From: Paragordius varius
Lineage: Eukaryota > Animalia > Nematomorpha
Assembly (NCBI GenBank): GCA_964247055.1
Contig: OZ176053.1
Span: 4,030,001-4,094,000 of the forward strand
Direction of reading: 5' to 3'
Length of the DNA stretch: 64,000 nt
The translations under genes and the position numbers were made by a program. The notes beneath the pieces are model-generated. The model saw nothing but the letters and a program-made list of their open reading frames with translations. It made no database searches and was not told the origin of the DNA. Every line of letters starts with the position of its first letter. Within the stretch, counting starts at the first letter, position 1. Positions 27,501 to 43,500 of this stretch are shown in pieces.

Positions 27501-29609
27501 TAAATCTGAAAAATTGATATTTTACTTAGATAATAATACAAGTAATTTTAGTATTTTTATAGGGTTTATATATGAAAATGATAGTTTCTCATATTTATAT
27601 AATTCTAAGTTCACTAATTCTAGGAAATTTTTGTTCAATTTTTTATTGTAGGTAATATTGCGTAAAGGATGGCATTTATCGCACCAAGCCAGTGAAAAAA
27701 TGGTGAAAGTTATGATGGAATTACAGTCAACCCCTTCACGCTCATGTTTGTTTTGGGGTCGTGAAGGATTTTTAACCATTAGGTTTTTGCTTTCTTTTTT
27801 TACCAAAACATTTATTTTTATTTTAAATCATAGTTGCTTTTTCTATTGTTTAATATTTTTAGTTTTATTAAATTACAGACTTTCCATAATTTATAATATT
27901 TTGGATTATAAAAATCCGATAAATAGTTAAAAGCATCCGTATGTTAAGTTTACTTCTTCCATAACTTTAATACATTGGAGGCTAAACATAAGGGTTTATA
28001 ATTGTATATTTTAATATTTTATAAAATATGGGTATGAGAGCCAATACATTTGGGCAAATTTATTTTAACTATTAAATTCACCGTAATATAAAAAATAAAT
28101 TATAGTTTCCTTGTAAATTATAATAAAATATTTTTTATTTATGTTAAAAATATGCCATTTTTATATTTAGGGATATATTTAAATGGGCGCATCGCTTTAA
28201 TGTTTTGAGTTCAATTAAAAAGTCATCTATGAATGAAATTGTCAATGAATTGATTACAGTTTTACAACACGAATGGGGACATGATATTTTAGCTTACACA
28301 GGTTTTTTATCCTATTAAATTTGAACTCGTTTCAGTTTTGTTTAAAAAATATAAAATTCTATTCTTATTTTATATAGGTTACACACTTATTGCACCAAGA
28401 TGCCGTACTTCGGAAGATTTGAAAATAGTTCATGATATATTTTATAAAACATTTTTTGGTCATGTTTTGAAACGAAACATTAATATAAACCATACTAATG
28501 AAATTCTACAATTAGAGGAAAATCTTTGCAAAAAAGATTCCCATATATTTACATGGGCCCTTAAGTTATGTGAAAGTAGAAAGGAGTTTCGGACATATTT
28601 AAAACATATATATTGGAGTTATGAAACACGAAGAATGTTTTTACTTACGCTTGTCGGATTGATTTTCAATGAATCCATTTTGTTGGTCGGACCCACAGGG
28701 TAAATCTATATACAGGAAAAGATAAAAATATAAGATATTAAAAAGACTAATAATATTTTTTATAAAGGCAACCAACCATATTTTATTTATCCTTATATAA
28801 TGTTTTGGGTTTGCAATATTTTGTTATAAGTTTATATTAACAATTAAGGGTTCAAGACTATTGTTTTTTTATATTACGCTTTGTGTTTATAATATTTATC
28901 TTTCCTCTTTTTTTTTTAAAAATCCTATTTACCTAAAACATTCCTATACTAATTTTAATTCTTTTTCCTCACGTTTCAATGTAATTTTAGATGTGGTAAA
29001 ACTACAGTTGCTCAAATACTTTCCTGTTTGTTTGACCAAATTATGTATACAATTAATTGCCATCAACAAACGGATTCATCCGATTTTATTGGCTCTCTGA
29101 AACCATTTGCTAACAACGAAAATAATATTATTAATATTCCTGATGATAAAAATGGTAACTTATATTTATATTAAATTTTATTTTATTTATATTTTAACCT
29201 TTAGTACATACTATATTAGTTTATTTGTTTCAGTATCTTGGTCCAATTAAACACATACGAAATTCTTTTTAATCAATTTTCTTGGAATCATCCCATAAAC
29301 AAAATTTTTTATTAATATATACCATTTACACTTTAAATTCACCCTTGAACAACTCAAATTTACCCTCAAACAATTCAAATTCACCCTAAAAATAAATTTT
29401 GTGCAGGTTAACATGACTCATCATTAATATAATTTATTTCTTTATTGCATAGGCTATGATTTTTTTCAGTATTTTGTTAATATTAAACGATTTTTCATTT
29501 TTTTGAAATATAAAATAGAGGTCGTCTTTGATAATCAAGATACACCTAATTTAATTTAGGATTTGTTCGAGGGTGTTGAATTGTTCAAGAATAAATTCGA
29601 CTGTAAATG

Positions 29610-29646
<37 letters not shown>

Positions 29647-32600
29647 ATAAGTTATATCCATAACTATTATAATAACTCTTTATTATATAACAACGATAGA
29701 CGATGTCAAACCAATGTTTAAATGGTGTGATGGTCAATTAGTACAGGCTATGAAAAATGGTAAAACACTTTATATCATTTTATTATATATTTTGCAAAAA
29801 TGTAATGTAAAAATTGATCGATAAAATCATAAAACAATCCCACAATACTTATGCTATGTTTTTAGGTGATATGTTATTGTTGGATGAAATATCTCTGGCA
29901 GATAATTCAGTTCTGGAACGATTAAATAGCGTTTTAGAAAAAGATCGCAAATTATCGATTGTAGAGAAAGGACTTGCAGAACATTCCCACAATGTTTCAA
30001 ATAATGGGATAGAAATAACTGCTCATCCATATTTTCATTTGATTGCAACTATGAATCCGGGCGGTGATCATGGGAAAAAAGAGGTTTTTTACTTTTTTGT
30101 AGCTCTATTTTATGTTCGCTAAAGATATTTTGGATATTAATTTTGCCTATTGGGGTTATTCTGACCTCTTTTTATCATAAAAGCAAAACTGGTTAGTATG
30201 GATAAGGTTTAGATCAGGTCTGATTGCTAACATATAAAAAAATTAAATTATGTTAAGTAAGCCATGTCTCTATTAGAATGACAAGAGGTAAAAAATCATG
30301 TATAATATTTACATACTAGCGTAAATCTCGTGCTGCTACGCAGCCCGAGGACGTCCTTCGGACTTCTGGGGGCAGCTTTTTGAAAAAAAGCACAATAAAA
30401 TGATCCACATATGTGGATTATTTCACATTATATAATAGCTATGATCTCATAGGAATTTCAAAACGGGGCATCATACTAATATATAGTTTACTTGGGCGAA
30501 AAATAGATTCAAAAAATTATTTTTATGGACTTTTTTTTGAAAAAATGGCATTTTACGGAGTGACCGGGCAAAAAGAGTGCCTAAATTAAAAAAGCGAGAC
30601 GACTATGTTTGGCTCAATCGCAAATAACTAAACAAAAATATTTGAAACTGAATGGTCCGACACGTTATCCTGAAAATTGTCTCAAAGACACGATTTTTGT
30701 GGACTTCTGTTTTCAAAAAAAGCCCGTTTCACGGGGTGGGCCCGAACTGGGGCCTAATTTAAAAAAGGGCGAAGCTATTGTCTGGGCATTCATTGATTAT
30801 ATTTTTTCGACATTTGCATTTGAATGCGTCTACCGGTTTTCCGGAAACAGATCACAAAGCCAGCATTTTCCATTTTTATAAATATATAGATGAAAAAAAT
30901 AGATTTTAGCTAAATCCCCAATAATTCATTGAAACCAAGTTATATATTTACGATAATATCATGACCCCATGCAAGTATCACAGTCCGTTAAAAGAATGTT
31001 AATTAAAAAATATCTAACGTATACTAAGTAGTTTTAACATAATATTGATACTTATATCCTATCTTTAAAACATAATAATGAAGAAAAAATTGAATTAATA
31101 GTTTTTTTTAGATTATGACTATGTCATTAAAATAGCCTGCAAAACTTTTATTTATAATATTCATAACTACTTTAGCTTTCACCAGCCATTCGAAATAGAT
31201 TTACGGAGATATGGTGTTCTCACGAACAAATTTTTAGCGTTCAAGACTCGTGTCCACAGCCAGATTTTGTCGGTTTCATTGTTCACAATTTGAGAGATTA
31301 CAGTAACTCATTGATAATGAAGCCTGAGCTTTTATTACAATCTATAGCAAAGGCTTATTACCATTTCTTGCATCAACTTGATCAAACAATAAATATGAGG
31401 TTTCTTACGAATATTTTAAAAATTATATTTATCTGGGCATTATTAAGTTTTTCTAAATGAAAAAACGGGAAATTTTGTTCTAAGTATTTGGCCTGATTTT
31501 AACCTCTGTTTTTTAGATGACACAGAATCATAATTTTAAATTCATTTTTTATAATCACATATATCCATTATAAAAAATATTATATTTCAGATGTCTGATA
31601 TTATTCGTCCCAATTTTTTTTGTAATTAGGTATGATTTAACTACTCGAGACATCTTAACCTTAGTCAAATACGTTCAATTGTGTATGGAACAATGCATCT
31701 CTAATGATAAAAACAATAACGATTCTATTAACTCTTCTCCAATATGTGTTGAATATGATAATCTTTTTACAAAATATTCCATCAATACTTACAAGTTTGA
31801 AATGAAACAAATCGTTACTATTCTCTGGGCTTTTTATGATAGCATAAATCTTGCCATTATAAATAAATTGGAAATTATGGGTATATGTTTAGGATTTTAA
31901 TATCTCATTTTATGTAATTTTTATGTTAATACCATGCTTTTTCCTAGGTTTTCTAAACCATTTAAGTACCGACAATATTGAGAAGATGGTAGCAAATGCC
32001 CACAAAATTTTACAAAAATCACTTATTACTCTATGCGATAATATTCTTAAACAAATTTCTGTCACCAATATCAATGTAATTGAATCATTTATCGATAGCC
32101 GTTACCAGGAAGCAATGGTCCATCTTTATGAACGAAACGCTAATAGATTTGGAATATCCCCATATTTTATAAATTATATTGGTATTTATATATCAGAAAT
32201 ATTTTAATATTACATTTTTGCACTTATTTAACAAACAACACATATTTTTGGAAATCTGTGCTATTTTTCATTAATATATTTATTTATATAGATGGAAGCC
32301 GTAATTTGACCCATACAAATTATGTGTTTAATGTTCCAACCACACTCGAAAACATTTATAAAGTTCTTCAGGCATTAACATTATGCAAACCCATACTGTT
32401 AGAAGGTAGGTAAATATGAAGGAGTTATATAGCAATTTTTTATATATTTTAGCGTATAAATGCTATGCATTATCGATTTTTAAATTTAAAATGTCGTTTG
32501 TATACCATTTTTTACGCCTAAATTTTTGTTATGATTTTCGTAGGTTCCCCTGGAGTCGGTAAAACATCTCTAATACAAGCATTGGCATCACTTACAAACA

Positions 32601-35600
32601 ATCATTTAATCCGGATAAATTTATCCGAAAATACTGTATTTTTTTGTTATGAAATATATTGTATTCTCGTTATATTGTAAAAACAATATGGGAGTAAAAT
32701 GATCGTTTACATTGATATGTTAAAATTAGCAATACAAAAATCACATATTTTAGCATGATATGATTATTAATGTGAAACTTATATCCTACCATTTATACTG
32801 ATTACACATTGCCTATTGATACATTACTCAATTATTATATATGCAAGTGCTTTATTTTTATTTTATTAAATTATATTAAGGATGTTTCAGACCTTTTCGG
32901 CTCAAATTTACCCAGCGAAGATGGCACTTTTAAATGGTATGATGGTCCTTTTTTGAAGGCAATCAAGGATAAACACTGGATTCTTATCGATGAGGTTTAA
33001 AATTAATTTTGATGTGCAATCATCTCTAGAAAAAAACATGGATCTTTATATGCAAAAATAGTGCCCTTAAAAATATAGATACAATTAAATTTTAATTAAA
33101 TATTAAATGTCTGAATAAGAATAATAATAATGGTCAAATTTTTATTTATCATATTTTGTTTATTGGGAGAGTTAGAATACTAACAAACTAGTAAATTTTT
33201 GACGATCGAGGGGTCATTTGTATGTTTATCAATGTTAATATTATATTTTCCCAATTAATTTATGTTTTTTACGCTGAAATTGAATAAGGATAAATCTTGG
33301 TTTAAGTTCTTGTAATGCATACTAAATTATTTCATTATTATGGTATAGCTAAATCTAGCCTCTCAACCCGTTTTGGAAGCCATTAATTCAGTTTTAGATC
33401 ACAGAGGCATTTTAAACATACCAGAGTTGGGGAATAAGCAATTCCCATTAGACAAAGAGAAAACGTTTATTTTTGGATGTCAAAATCCGCATCACCAAGG
33501 CGGTAATCGAAAAATGCTTCCAAAATCTTTCCTTAATCGTTTCATACATGTAATTATTAGCTTTCATATTTACCTTTTTCGAAGACCCTTTTTTTGCTAA
33601 AATATAATCATATAATAATTACTTTAAAATATTTTAAATATTTTTAGCGAAAATTATAACTTAACAATGACATATACTAATTTTGGTTAAAATATAATGT
33701 TTGTTAATCATTACGTTTTTTTTATTTTTTATAAATTAATCTTACGCAAGAGCCGATATATCCATTTTAAATTTTTGTATAAATATGATTATCGAATTTT
33801 TCATTTATTCTTTAGGTATATGTACATGAATTAACCAAGGTGGATTATATAGCAGTACTTCAACACAACTATCCTATGTTATCTCTACAACTTATTAAGT
33901 TTATGGTTGAAATGAATTTCAAGGTATATATATCATATGATGAGTTTTCGTTAAAAATTCGGTTCTAATATGTTTAATTTATTTTGTATGTCATAGGTCA
34001 AAGAATATTTGGCACAAGAAAAAACCCACGTTCATAAATGGGAATTTAATATACGTGATATAATGCGATGGGCATCCTTGATTGATGTTGTAATATTTTT
34101 TTCTATAATTTGTTTTTTTCTAATTTTAGTTTTATCCATGTTTAAGTTAAATAAAAAAAATTTCTATTATACATATTAACAGTATTTGACTTTACATAAT
34201 ACTTTTTGAAATCCAAACAGCTTAATATTTGACTTTGTGTTTAAACCTACATAAATAGTATTCTATAATAATGTAAATTTTTTTGTAGGATCCCAATTAT
34301 ACCTGCATTTCCAACATATACAACGGCTTTGAATTAATATACCTTGCACGACTAGATAATGCGGATTCACAAACTTATCTACAAAGCTTATTTTACCACC
34401 AAATTCATACATTAAATTCTTCAACAATGAATGGCCAAATTGATAAAATGTTACTCCTAAATAATGGTCATATCTCGGTGCCTTTCACTTTTACATATTT
34501 ATTGAGGCCTGAAAACCAAATGGTTTTACAGTTAGGAAGCGCATTTCTACCTGTTGAATCTGATGATAGCACCTTGAATATTTCTGATATTCAAAATTTT
34601 CAACAAAATATTTTGGAAAGCGGAAAAGAAATAATTCTTACATTAATACCCGGTCAGATGAAGGCACTTGAATGGTGTGCACAAATTTTAGCTCATAATT
34701 GGATGCCTATTTTGGTAATTTTATTATAATAGAATATAAAATAAAATTTATGATTAATGTCATTGTTTTATAAAATAACCAACAAGTAAGACTATAAAGA
34801 TACAAATAATGGTTACACCTGACTTTAATATTCAAAAAATTGTCAGTTTTAATATTCTATTGTTTTATTATTTGGTTGAAAAATATTATATTTGAAGTTA
34901 CATTTTATTGGTTTTGTTGTAAATGACTGTATTCATAAGCGGTTAGACTGGTATTTTTGAGCGTTTAAAAACTTGGTCTTATACCATATTTTAATCATAA
35001 GTCTCATTTTCCAATTTTAAAATATTCTATAGTTTATTAATAATAAAAAATTATTTTTTTAGGTGGGAGATAGCAGCACAGGGAAAAAAAGTTTAGTTGA
35101 ATTGTTGGCCAATATGACTAAAAACAATCTTGTCACCATATCTCTTACTCCAAGCTCGGACACTACTGATTTAATTGGGCATTACACACAGGTAATGATT
35201 GATAAAATTATAAAATCGTGTACAATAAGGAAAAAATCTTCAAAAATTGTAGGCTAATTTCCCCCTTATTGGAAAACAAACTTTTAATAGATTTATTTCT
35301 AATTATAAAATATACAAAGATTATTTTGGCTATAATTATATATATTAACTTGCTTGACTGATTGATTTGAGTTACTATCATAAAAATTTTTACATTTTAA
35401 AACTATCTATATGAAATAATATTGTTTGTATCCCCATATGATAAATTTTATAGTTTATAATTTTGTTTATTTAGGAAGATCATTTGAAAGTTTTAAGCGA
35501 TATCATTATCGGGTTACAAAGTATATTAGGTATAATCAAAAGTAACAAAACACCCAATATTACGCAAGATTGCCTGCTTAAAATTGACAAACATCAAAAA

Positions 35601-37498
35601 TCGCTTGAATATTTTTTCCTACAAAGTATTATTACAATGTTTTAAAATAAAATTTTAGTCTTGAAAGATTTCAAAGAATATTCCAATGATTATACCTGCA
35701 TTCAAATTGTTTTTGAATGGTTAAACACTATCGAATTTAACACTAACAAAGATGAAATTGGCGATAAAATAAATTGTTTAAAAAATAAATTTTTGTCAAT
35801 CCAACAATCCTTTTTGGAACCAGCCAATACTAATTTATCTCACGAACAAAATGATGCGGTCAACAAAAAACATCAAATCAATTTTGTGTGGGAAAATAGT
35901 TTATTTCTTCAAGCCCTTGAGCGTGGTGATTGGATACTTATCGAAAATGCCAATCTTTGCAAGTATTTAATAGTATTTTTTTATTAAAAATTATACTTGT
36001 GAAAATGATTATTACCATATATATTTGATAACAAACAATCTGTTTTATATATATATATAGTTAGGTTTTAAATCTTTTACAAAAAATTTTATTGCTTTAT
36101 AATTATAAATATTTAGAAATATCTATAAATATGTGTATAGCAATTGCCAATAAATAAATCATAACAAAGAACAAAACAAAACAGAGTTAAAATAAAATGT
36201 TATTAAATTTTCTTGTTGTTAATTAGTGCATCTGTTTTGGATCGCATTATGCCACTGTTTGAATCATTAGAAGCTAACACATTAGAGGTACCAGAACGAG
36301 GCCTTGTGAAATCTGATACATCTTACAATGTTTTTACCGTTAAAAAACACCCAAATACACGGTAAAATTATATTAAACTCATTGAAAGTTTACATTGATA
36401 TTATAGAATCTTATACTCCAGTGTATAAATGGAATGAATATTAATAGTCAAAAGAAAAATGTTAAAATAAATTTACCAAACACATATTTATTTTGTTGTC
36501 AATAACCATTATTTTATTATATATGCAATTATAATTCAGCAAAAATTGTATAAATTTATTATAATATTTCGATTACTACAAGTAATCTTTGTCAAACGTA
36601 AAAAATAAAATTAAAATATAAACTAATTTTATTTTCATTTAATGACAGAATCATACTATCCCTTAATCTTCGTAATGGACCCCTTTCCCGAGCCATGTAT
36701 AATAGAGGAATTGAAATTAATTTGGACAATTTTGCATTGGTATATTTTATTACATACAACATGTAAAAAAACTACTTAATAATAATTGATCTAGTTTTTT
36801 AAATTAAAATTTATATATTTATAGACAAGAGAAGATTTTTTGCAAATATGTTATGGATATAAGCTACCTAAACATACCATTGATATTATTATTGCTATTT
36901 TTGAGCATGTGTGCCAAATAAATACTCCAATTATCCCAGGTATCCATACTAATAATTTTGTCATTTTCATCTTTTTATGCATAAAACTTAAATATTTTTT
37001 AATTATGCTGTTTTTCATTAATAACTACTATATTTTTTATTATGAATTTTCTGAAAAATGTTGTTTTTGAATAAAAAATTTATTTATACGTAAAAGTGTT
37101 GTTTATGGATTCTTTTTTTTAAATAAAATATTTATAAATAAATTAATTTTCCTTATAAAAAAAGTTTTTATCTTTGATTAAAACCCATTTGAAAAAGTAT
37201 ATTTATCTATAAAATTATCATTCTAATTTATAGAGAATCAATATAGCTACTCTGATATGATTCCCATAGTTAAATGTTTACACCCTATAAAAAAAATCTC
37301 TGTGGAAGAAATTATTCAAATTTTTAAACACCAAATGAAATTTTCCATCGATGTAATTTTATCATCTTTACTTATGTTACCTCATTTTAAAATTGATTTT
37401 AATAAAATTATTTATTTTAATTTTTCTAGTTTATAAAAATTACGGTTTTTGAAATGAATCCAAATAAAACTTAATTTTAATCAAGTATTATTAATACT

Positions 37499-37529
<31 letters not shown>

Positions 37530-40500
37530 TCGATATTGTGGAGGTCCTAAAAATTATGGTGCAAAATGATAATATTAATAATTCTGATAATGTTCCTCCA
37601 AACAATATTGTTTTATTCAATACTCTACCCTGCCTTATGAAATATTTAAGGACCGAATGTATTAATCGAGATTTAAAGATATCTATGGCTTCATACATGA
37701 ATGCTCGTAATTGGAATATTTTACAACATTTGTTAAATATTAATATACAACCGTTTGATATATGCACAGGTTAATATATTTAATCACCTTTTAAAATTAA
37801 ATTTATTGGAATTTTTATTAAATTTTAATTGAGTTTCATGAAAGATTCTTGGTAAAAGTTGAGATTTAGGGAAAATTAAGAATTTATTAATACGCATCCC
37901 TAGCTTTTGGGAAAATTATGAGTAACGGTATATTATGCTTAAATGTTTTTAATTATTTTGTTCAACAGTAAATGTTTTAAAGAATTTGGATAAGGGACAA
38001 AACTATTAATTTTTATATGTTCTAAGTTGTTGTTTTTTGGATTACGCATTAATTATAATTCTATATTAATTTCATACAGTGTGTCTATAAACATGATTTA
38101 ATTCATTTTTTACAATAATAAACTTAATCTAATATTCCTCTATAGAGGCTCAAAATACTGAATTTACAGACATAACTGATGTTCACAGCAATCCTTTTAT
38201 ATGCAATAGTAAATCATTCATAGTATCTATCCTTCCTGATGTTTTTACTGGTTGCATATCATGCATACCTTTTGATGTCAACGAAAATCTTGATGAAAAA
38301 ATTGAAAAAATAACTACATTTTTAACACATTTTTTGACAAATGAACCATATGATTCTTCCTTATTTAAATCTTTCCTTGCTGATTACGGTATGGAGGATT
38401 TTAGGTTTTTCTCAACACAATCAATTTTTCACGCCAAAGACTTTGATGGGAATTTTGACAAAGTTTTAATGGAGTATCAAAAGACATTTTGCGATCTTGA
38501 TAGCAGATGGAATTATTATGCACACCTTAAGTTTGTATCAAGCCAAGGATCTGAAAAATCTCAAAAATTATTGAATTCCTTAAATTGGTAAGCTTATTTT
38601 AATATTTTTTCAATTTTTATAGCATATTATTTGTTGAATGTTGAACTTCGTCATTAGATTTTAAATAAATTTTGGAGGGTAAGTTATATTAAATAAAAGA
38701 ATTATCAACATTTATAGTTATACAGTAAATATATTTTATCATTTTTATGTATATTTCGCATCACACTTATGTCAAAAATAAAAATCTTGTGTTGTTTATA
38801 GTTTAATAAATAATTTTTATCCAATTTAGGAGTATAGCGTCTTAACTAAACTTTATTTCACCGCGGATTTGCAGTAGCGTATATAAAAAACAACAAATGA
38901 TTAAAATTATTTTTTCCCAATATTTTAACTTTATAGTTGTGTTTATATTTTTATGGACAAACATTTATCATACCATACGCTACTGATATAACATATTTTC
39001 AATGTAGGTTGAATCTGATGAAAGAAACTTTTATATTGAAACATTTCCTTACAATGGAAATCAAATATACATCATCTTTGGCTGTTTCAAGCAAAATATT
39101 TGACACACTTGAATGCATCATCCAATATATTAAATCCTTACCACCATTAGATATGACTGATTTATTATATACTAAAGTGAGTTACAGTTTAATAACCATA
39201 ACTCTCTAACTACCAGATGTAAACGGCTTTTTATCATTTCAGAATTTAGGTTTAAATATTATTGACACTTTTTTGTTTATTAATACTTTACGAGTGGATA
39301 TGCTTAAATTATACCTCATATAAAACAATTGAAATTTTTATTTAGTCATATATATATTTTTTTATTTTGTCTTTCTTTAGATATATGAATACCTGTGGAA
39401 ATTAATTTATTTTGCTCAATTCCTGAATAATTTACCCAAAACTCCTAGTGTGCCTTGTGATATCTTTAATAATGATGATACGGAAGCGATATATAATATA
39501 ATTATCTATTACACTTTAAACAAATTATTCTCATCTGCCGGTTTGAAACAAACCATAACTCTTATAGATCATGAGAAACATTTACACAATTTGTTTAACG
39601 TTTTCGTTGCAAATTGTAACAATCTCATGAACTTTTCAACGTTTGATTTCGATAAAATGCAAAATTTTATGAAGGCATATCATAAAATATGGGATTTATT
39701 TGGAATCACTTATCCGGACAATAAAATGACAATTAAAGAACTTACCTTCCCCAAATATGCTACAGATATTTCTACAATATCTAATTTTGATTATTTTACC
39801 CACCAAAATTCACCCCAAAACATTGAAAAGCCATTAAACATTACATCTATTGGTTGCAACCTAATACATTGTTTCAATGTTGTGAAAAAAGAAAATCTAA
39901 TATTTTCGGATCTCTTAAATGGATTTATATCCCACGTTAATGCCCATTCCAAATCATCCAAACTTGTGACATCTAAATACGATTATTTCCTTAAAAACCT
40001 TCAAATACCTGACACGAAACTGTTACATTTAAGGTAACTAACTAATTATATTATTTTTTTTAATTAATTTACTTTTTTGGTTCAATAGAATTTTGTTCAA
40101 TTTTTTAAAAGTTAAAAGGTAGTAAGTAATAAAGTTTTTAACCCTTTTCATTATTATTATTAACATTTCTTAATTAACATGTTATGTTTTTTATAGTCAA
40201 CCTACATCAGACCATATTAAATCCAACATTCTAATGGGCCTTAAATTGTTTTCAGATAATTCTTTGGATGATTCAAATTTGGCTACCCATTATCTACCCA
40301 ATCATGAATGTGCACAATGCTATAATGCCAATATTTTATTCATTGTTCATCGTTTAAAAACTCTTTTCCCAAATAATAATAATAATGATGATATAGATAA
40401 TTTAAATGATTTAATATTTCAAAATGTCAATTCTGTTAATACGAATTATGCCTCTTTGATAAATCATATATTAAACTTTTTGACTTCATACATTTTATTG

Positions 40501-43500
40501 CACAATTTAATGCCTACCAATCTTATAATGGATCCCGAATTATACAGATTATATGATGGATACTTGGAACAAGCACAGGTTAACATTTTTATTTTTTGCA
40601 AATGGTAAAATTAAATAAATAACACTATAATTTTATCATATAATTTATTTCAATTCCGTTACGAAACAGTATAATTTTATATAAAACATATTTTTAATAA
40701 TCATATATGATGGATGTTAATGATTTACTTAATTAAGCACGTGTTTTTTTTCGGCGCTAAATTATTCATTTTAACAGTCATTAACTAATATTTTTTTCAA
40801 ATATTTATATTTATTTTATGTGTACAAAATTTTAGTTAAACAATTTATTTATTTGTAATATTAGGCACATTCAATCACAACTCAAATTTCAATCCTATCC
40901 TCTTACCATAAACTTACCAATTTGCGGTTATCCAATGCAATACATTTTAATGATGAACAAATAATAAGCCAACAATTAATTGACGCTTACGTTAAACTTG
41001 AGCATTTACATCCAAAAATTTGTCATTTGAAAAGTAAATATTTACATTACAATGAACTGTATATTCAATCATCTTCTGAAGATTCAATGGTTATTGATGC
41101 TCTAACAAGTACATTGGATAAAAATGTATTTTTTATTCTGCTAAATTATATATTAATATTGAATTTATATTTTGGTATAATTTATAATCAGTTTTATATG
41201 CATATAAAAATAGTTCTGGTTTGTGGTTTTTATAATTTATCCACTTATTTAATGAGTTTTTTATAGATAGTAATTGGTTAGGCATTTTTTCTCAAATTAT
41301 TAACTAGGTTTTTTTAATTATATTAGGATTTGGGTTTTAACCCCAATTTTCGTAGTACCATTTTATATAAAATATTTATATTTATACATAGTTTCCAATT
41401 TTCCAACAAGAAATATCAAATTTTATGACACGCATGATGGATAACAGTACCATCCTTTCCATAACATTATCCATATTAACTGTAATTAATAATATGTCCA
41501 CGAAAATCAATGCTATACAATCCGCTACACAAATACGGAACACTTTAAAATCCTTGGTTGATAATATTGGATGTTTTTTGATTAAATTCTGTCAAAAACA
41601 TACCAATTTTGATCTAATTTGGTTACCATTTATTAATCAACTATCTAGGGTAAAAATGATTATTTTTATTTTATTACCCATAAATTAATTTATGTTTTAT
41701 CATTTTTTGCGCGTTTTTAGGTTAAAACTGAATTAGAAATTTTATCCTTTAACATTGGGTATATATGTGCAGCAACGATCGATCCACATTTAAAAGTTAT
41801 ATTATTAGATTTTTATTTAACTATTTTTGTTTATTTTTTTATTAATAATATAAAGTTGAATGATTCCAATTTCAATATTCATTAACACCATAAATCACTA
41901 TAAACGTAATATAGATTTAAATTAAGATTTTAGTTTTTTTATATTAACACGTTTTAGAATCCAAATTGTGATTTACCTTTCGAATATTTTGACACTGTGT
42001 GTGGGGAAGTCATGTATTTGCCTTATAAAGTCATTAATAAACGGCAAAATACGACATTATCAAAATTAATCGTCAATCTACCATCATGTGAATATGCCAA
42101 AACAATACTACAAGATATGCGTGAAACACTTGTTACATTAAAAAAGGCATCTGAACAAAACTCATCTTCAAATGTTTCATACAAAACGTTGATTGCCTTT
42201 TTTAAAATACTAAGGTATTGTCAAACTTCTTAACTTAAAACTTATATATTTATATTTAGATTATACTTATTTTCAAACATAGATTATGCTTTTAAAAATG
42301 TTACCTATTAGCGTATCGAAAAAATTAAAATTCCTTAGACCCTTTGTTTTATCTTTAACCTCATATTAAAAATCTAATATACCTATTTTTTATTTTTTTA
42401 TTTTTCCAGACAACATTACGCATGCCTATTATCAATTTGGGCCGTCTACCATAATATAAACACAATAACTTCACAGTATTTAAACGCATCATTAAAATCG
42501 CTTTTACATGAACTATGGAGTATGTATTTAACAGTTTGGGATTCTGTATATTCACTAATTTCAATATATTACAATGGCCAAGGGACTAATTTTAATCCTG
42601 ATACAGAATTATGGTTCAATATTGTGATCAAGCAAAACAGTAATTTATTAATTTTTTTGGAAAAAAAAACATATTGTAATAAAGACAATACGTAAAAAGT
42701 AAAAGGAAAAATTTTCATTTTATGTATAATGATAAACAATATTCTTTAAACCTTGATTAATTTTAAAATGATATATCGCTAGGTTGCAAAAAGGCTAGTG
42801 ATGTTAATTGGTACCACACAATTTTAAATCACAATTGTAATTTAGGTTATATAGAAAAATTGGGATTCAAAAAATATTGTTTTTATAAAAACATATAAAT
42901 ATTTTATTTTTTAGGTTGTCTTTATAATTTTTATTGCATTCACCGTTTATATCATAATATATCCGATTAATTCTTAAATTTATTTTACCAAAAAAATAAT
43001 TTTATGTGAAATTTGGTTGCAAATTTATTTATCTTATATTCAAAATATCTAAATAATAGATAAGGAAACTGACCCAACAATACTTTATGACGTATTGCAA
43101 AATATAGGCGATGATGAAATCAAAGATGCCAATACACAGGTATAAATAAGTTTAATTTTTATAATCGTTTTTACATAATATTTAAATAATTAAATAAATA
43201 CAGTCATGTATCCTTTATTAAATATTTATTTTTTTTGTTAAATGGGTATAAATATTTGAGTAAAGAATGGAAATAACAAGAGCTTTTTAGTCATCTTTGC
43301 TTTTTTTGATGAATATGATATTGTTAATACCATAGAGCCTTGTTTTTTTCATTCTTAAACGAGTATTACCCATTTACCTAAAGAAAATAGATTCTGATAA
43401 AGTAAAGAATACATGATAAATTCAAATATAGAAACATCAAAATACGAATGATGATGACATGTTTTCGTCCACAGAACTCCAATCTAAACACCTTTTAAAG

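Noticed and set aside
30609-30881. 90-aa ORF as a captured gene
   Set aside because: It lies inside the Helitron with a TTG start and no recognisable domain, and is explained by higher local GC.
38623-38880. In-frame TAG codons as evidence of stop-codon reassignment
   Set aside because: The M13 and MDN1 genes both terminate at TAG at the expected C-termini, and ordinary GT-AG splicing can bypass these codons.
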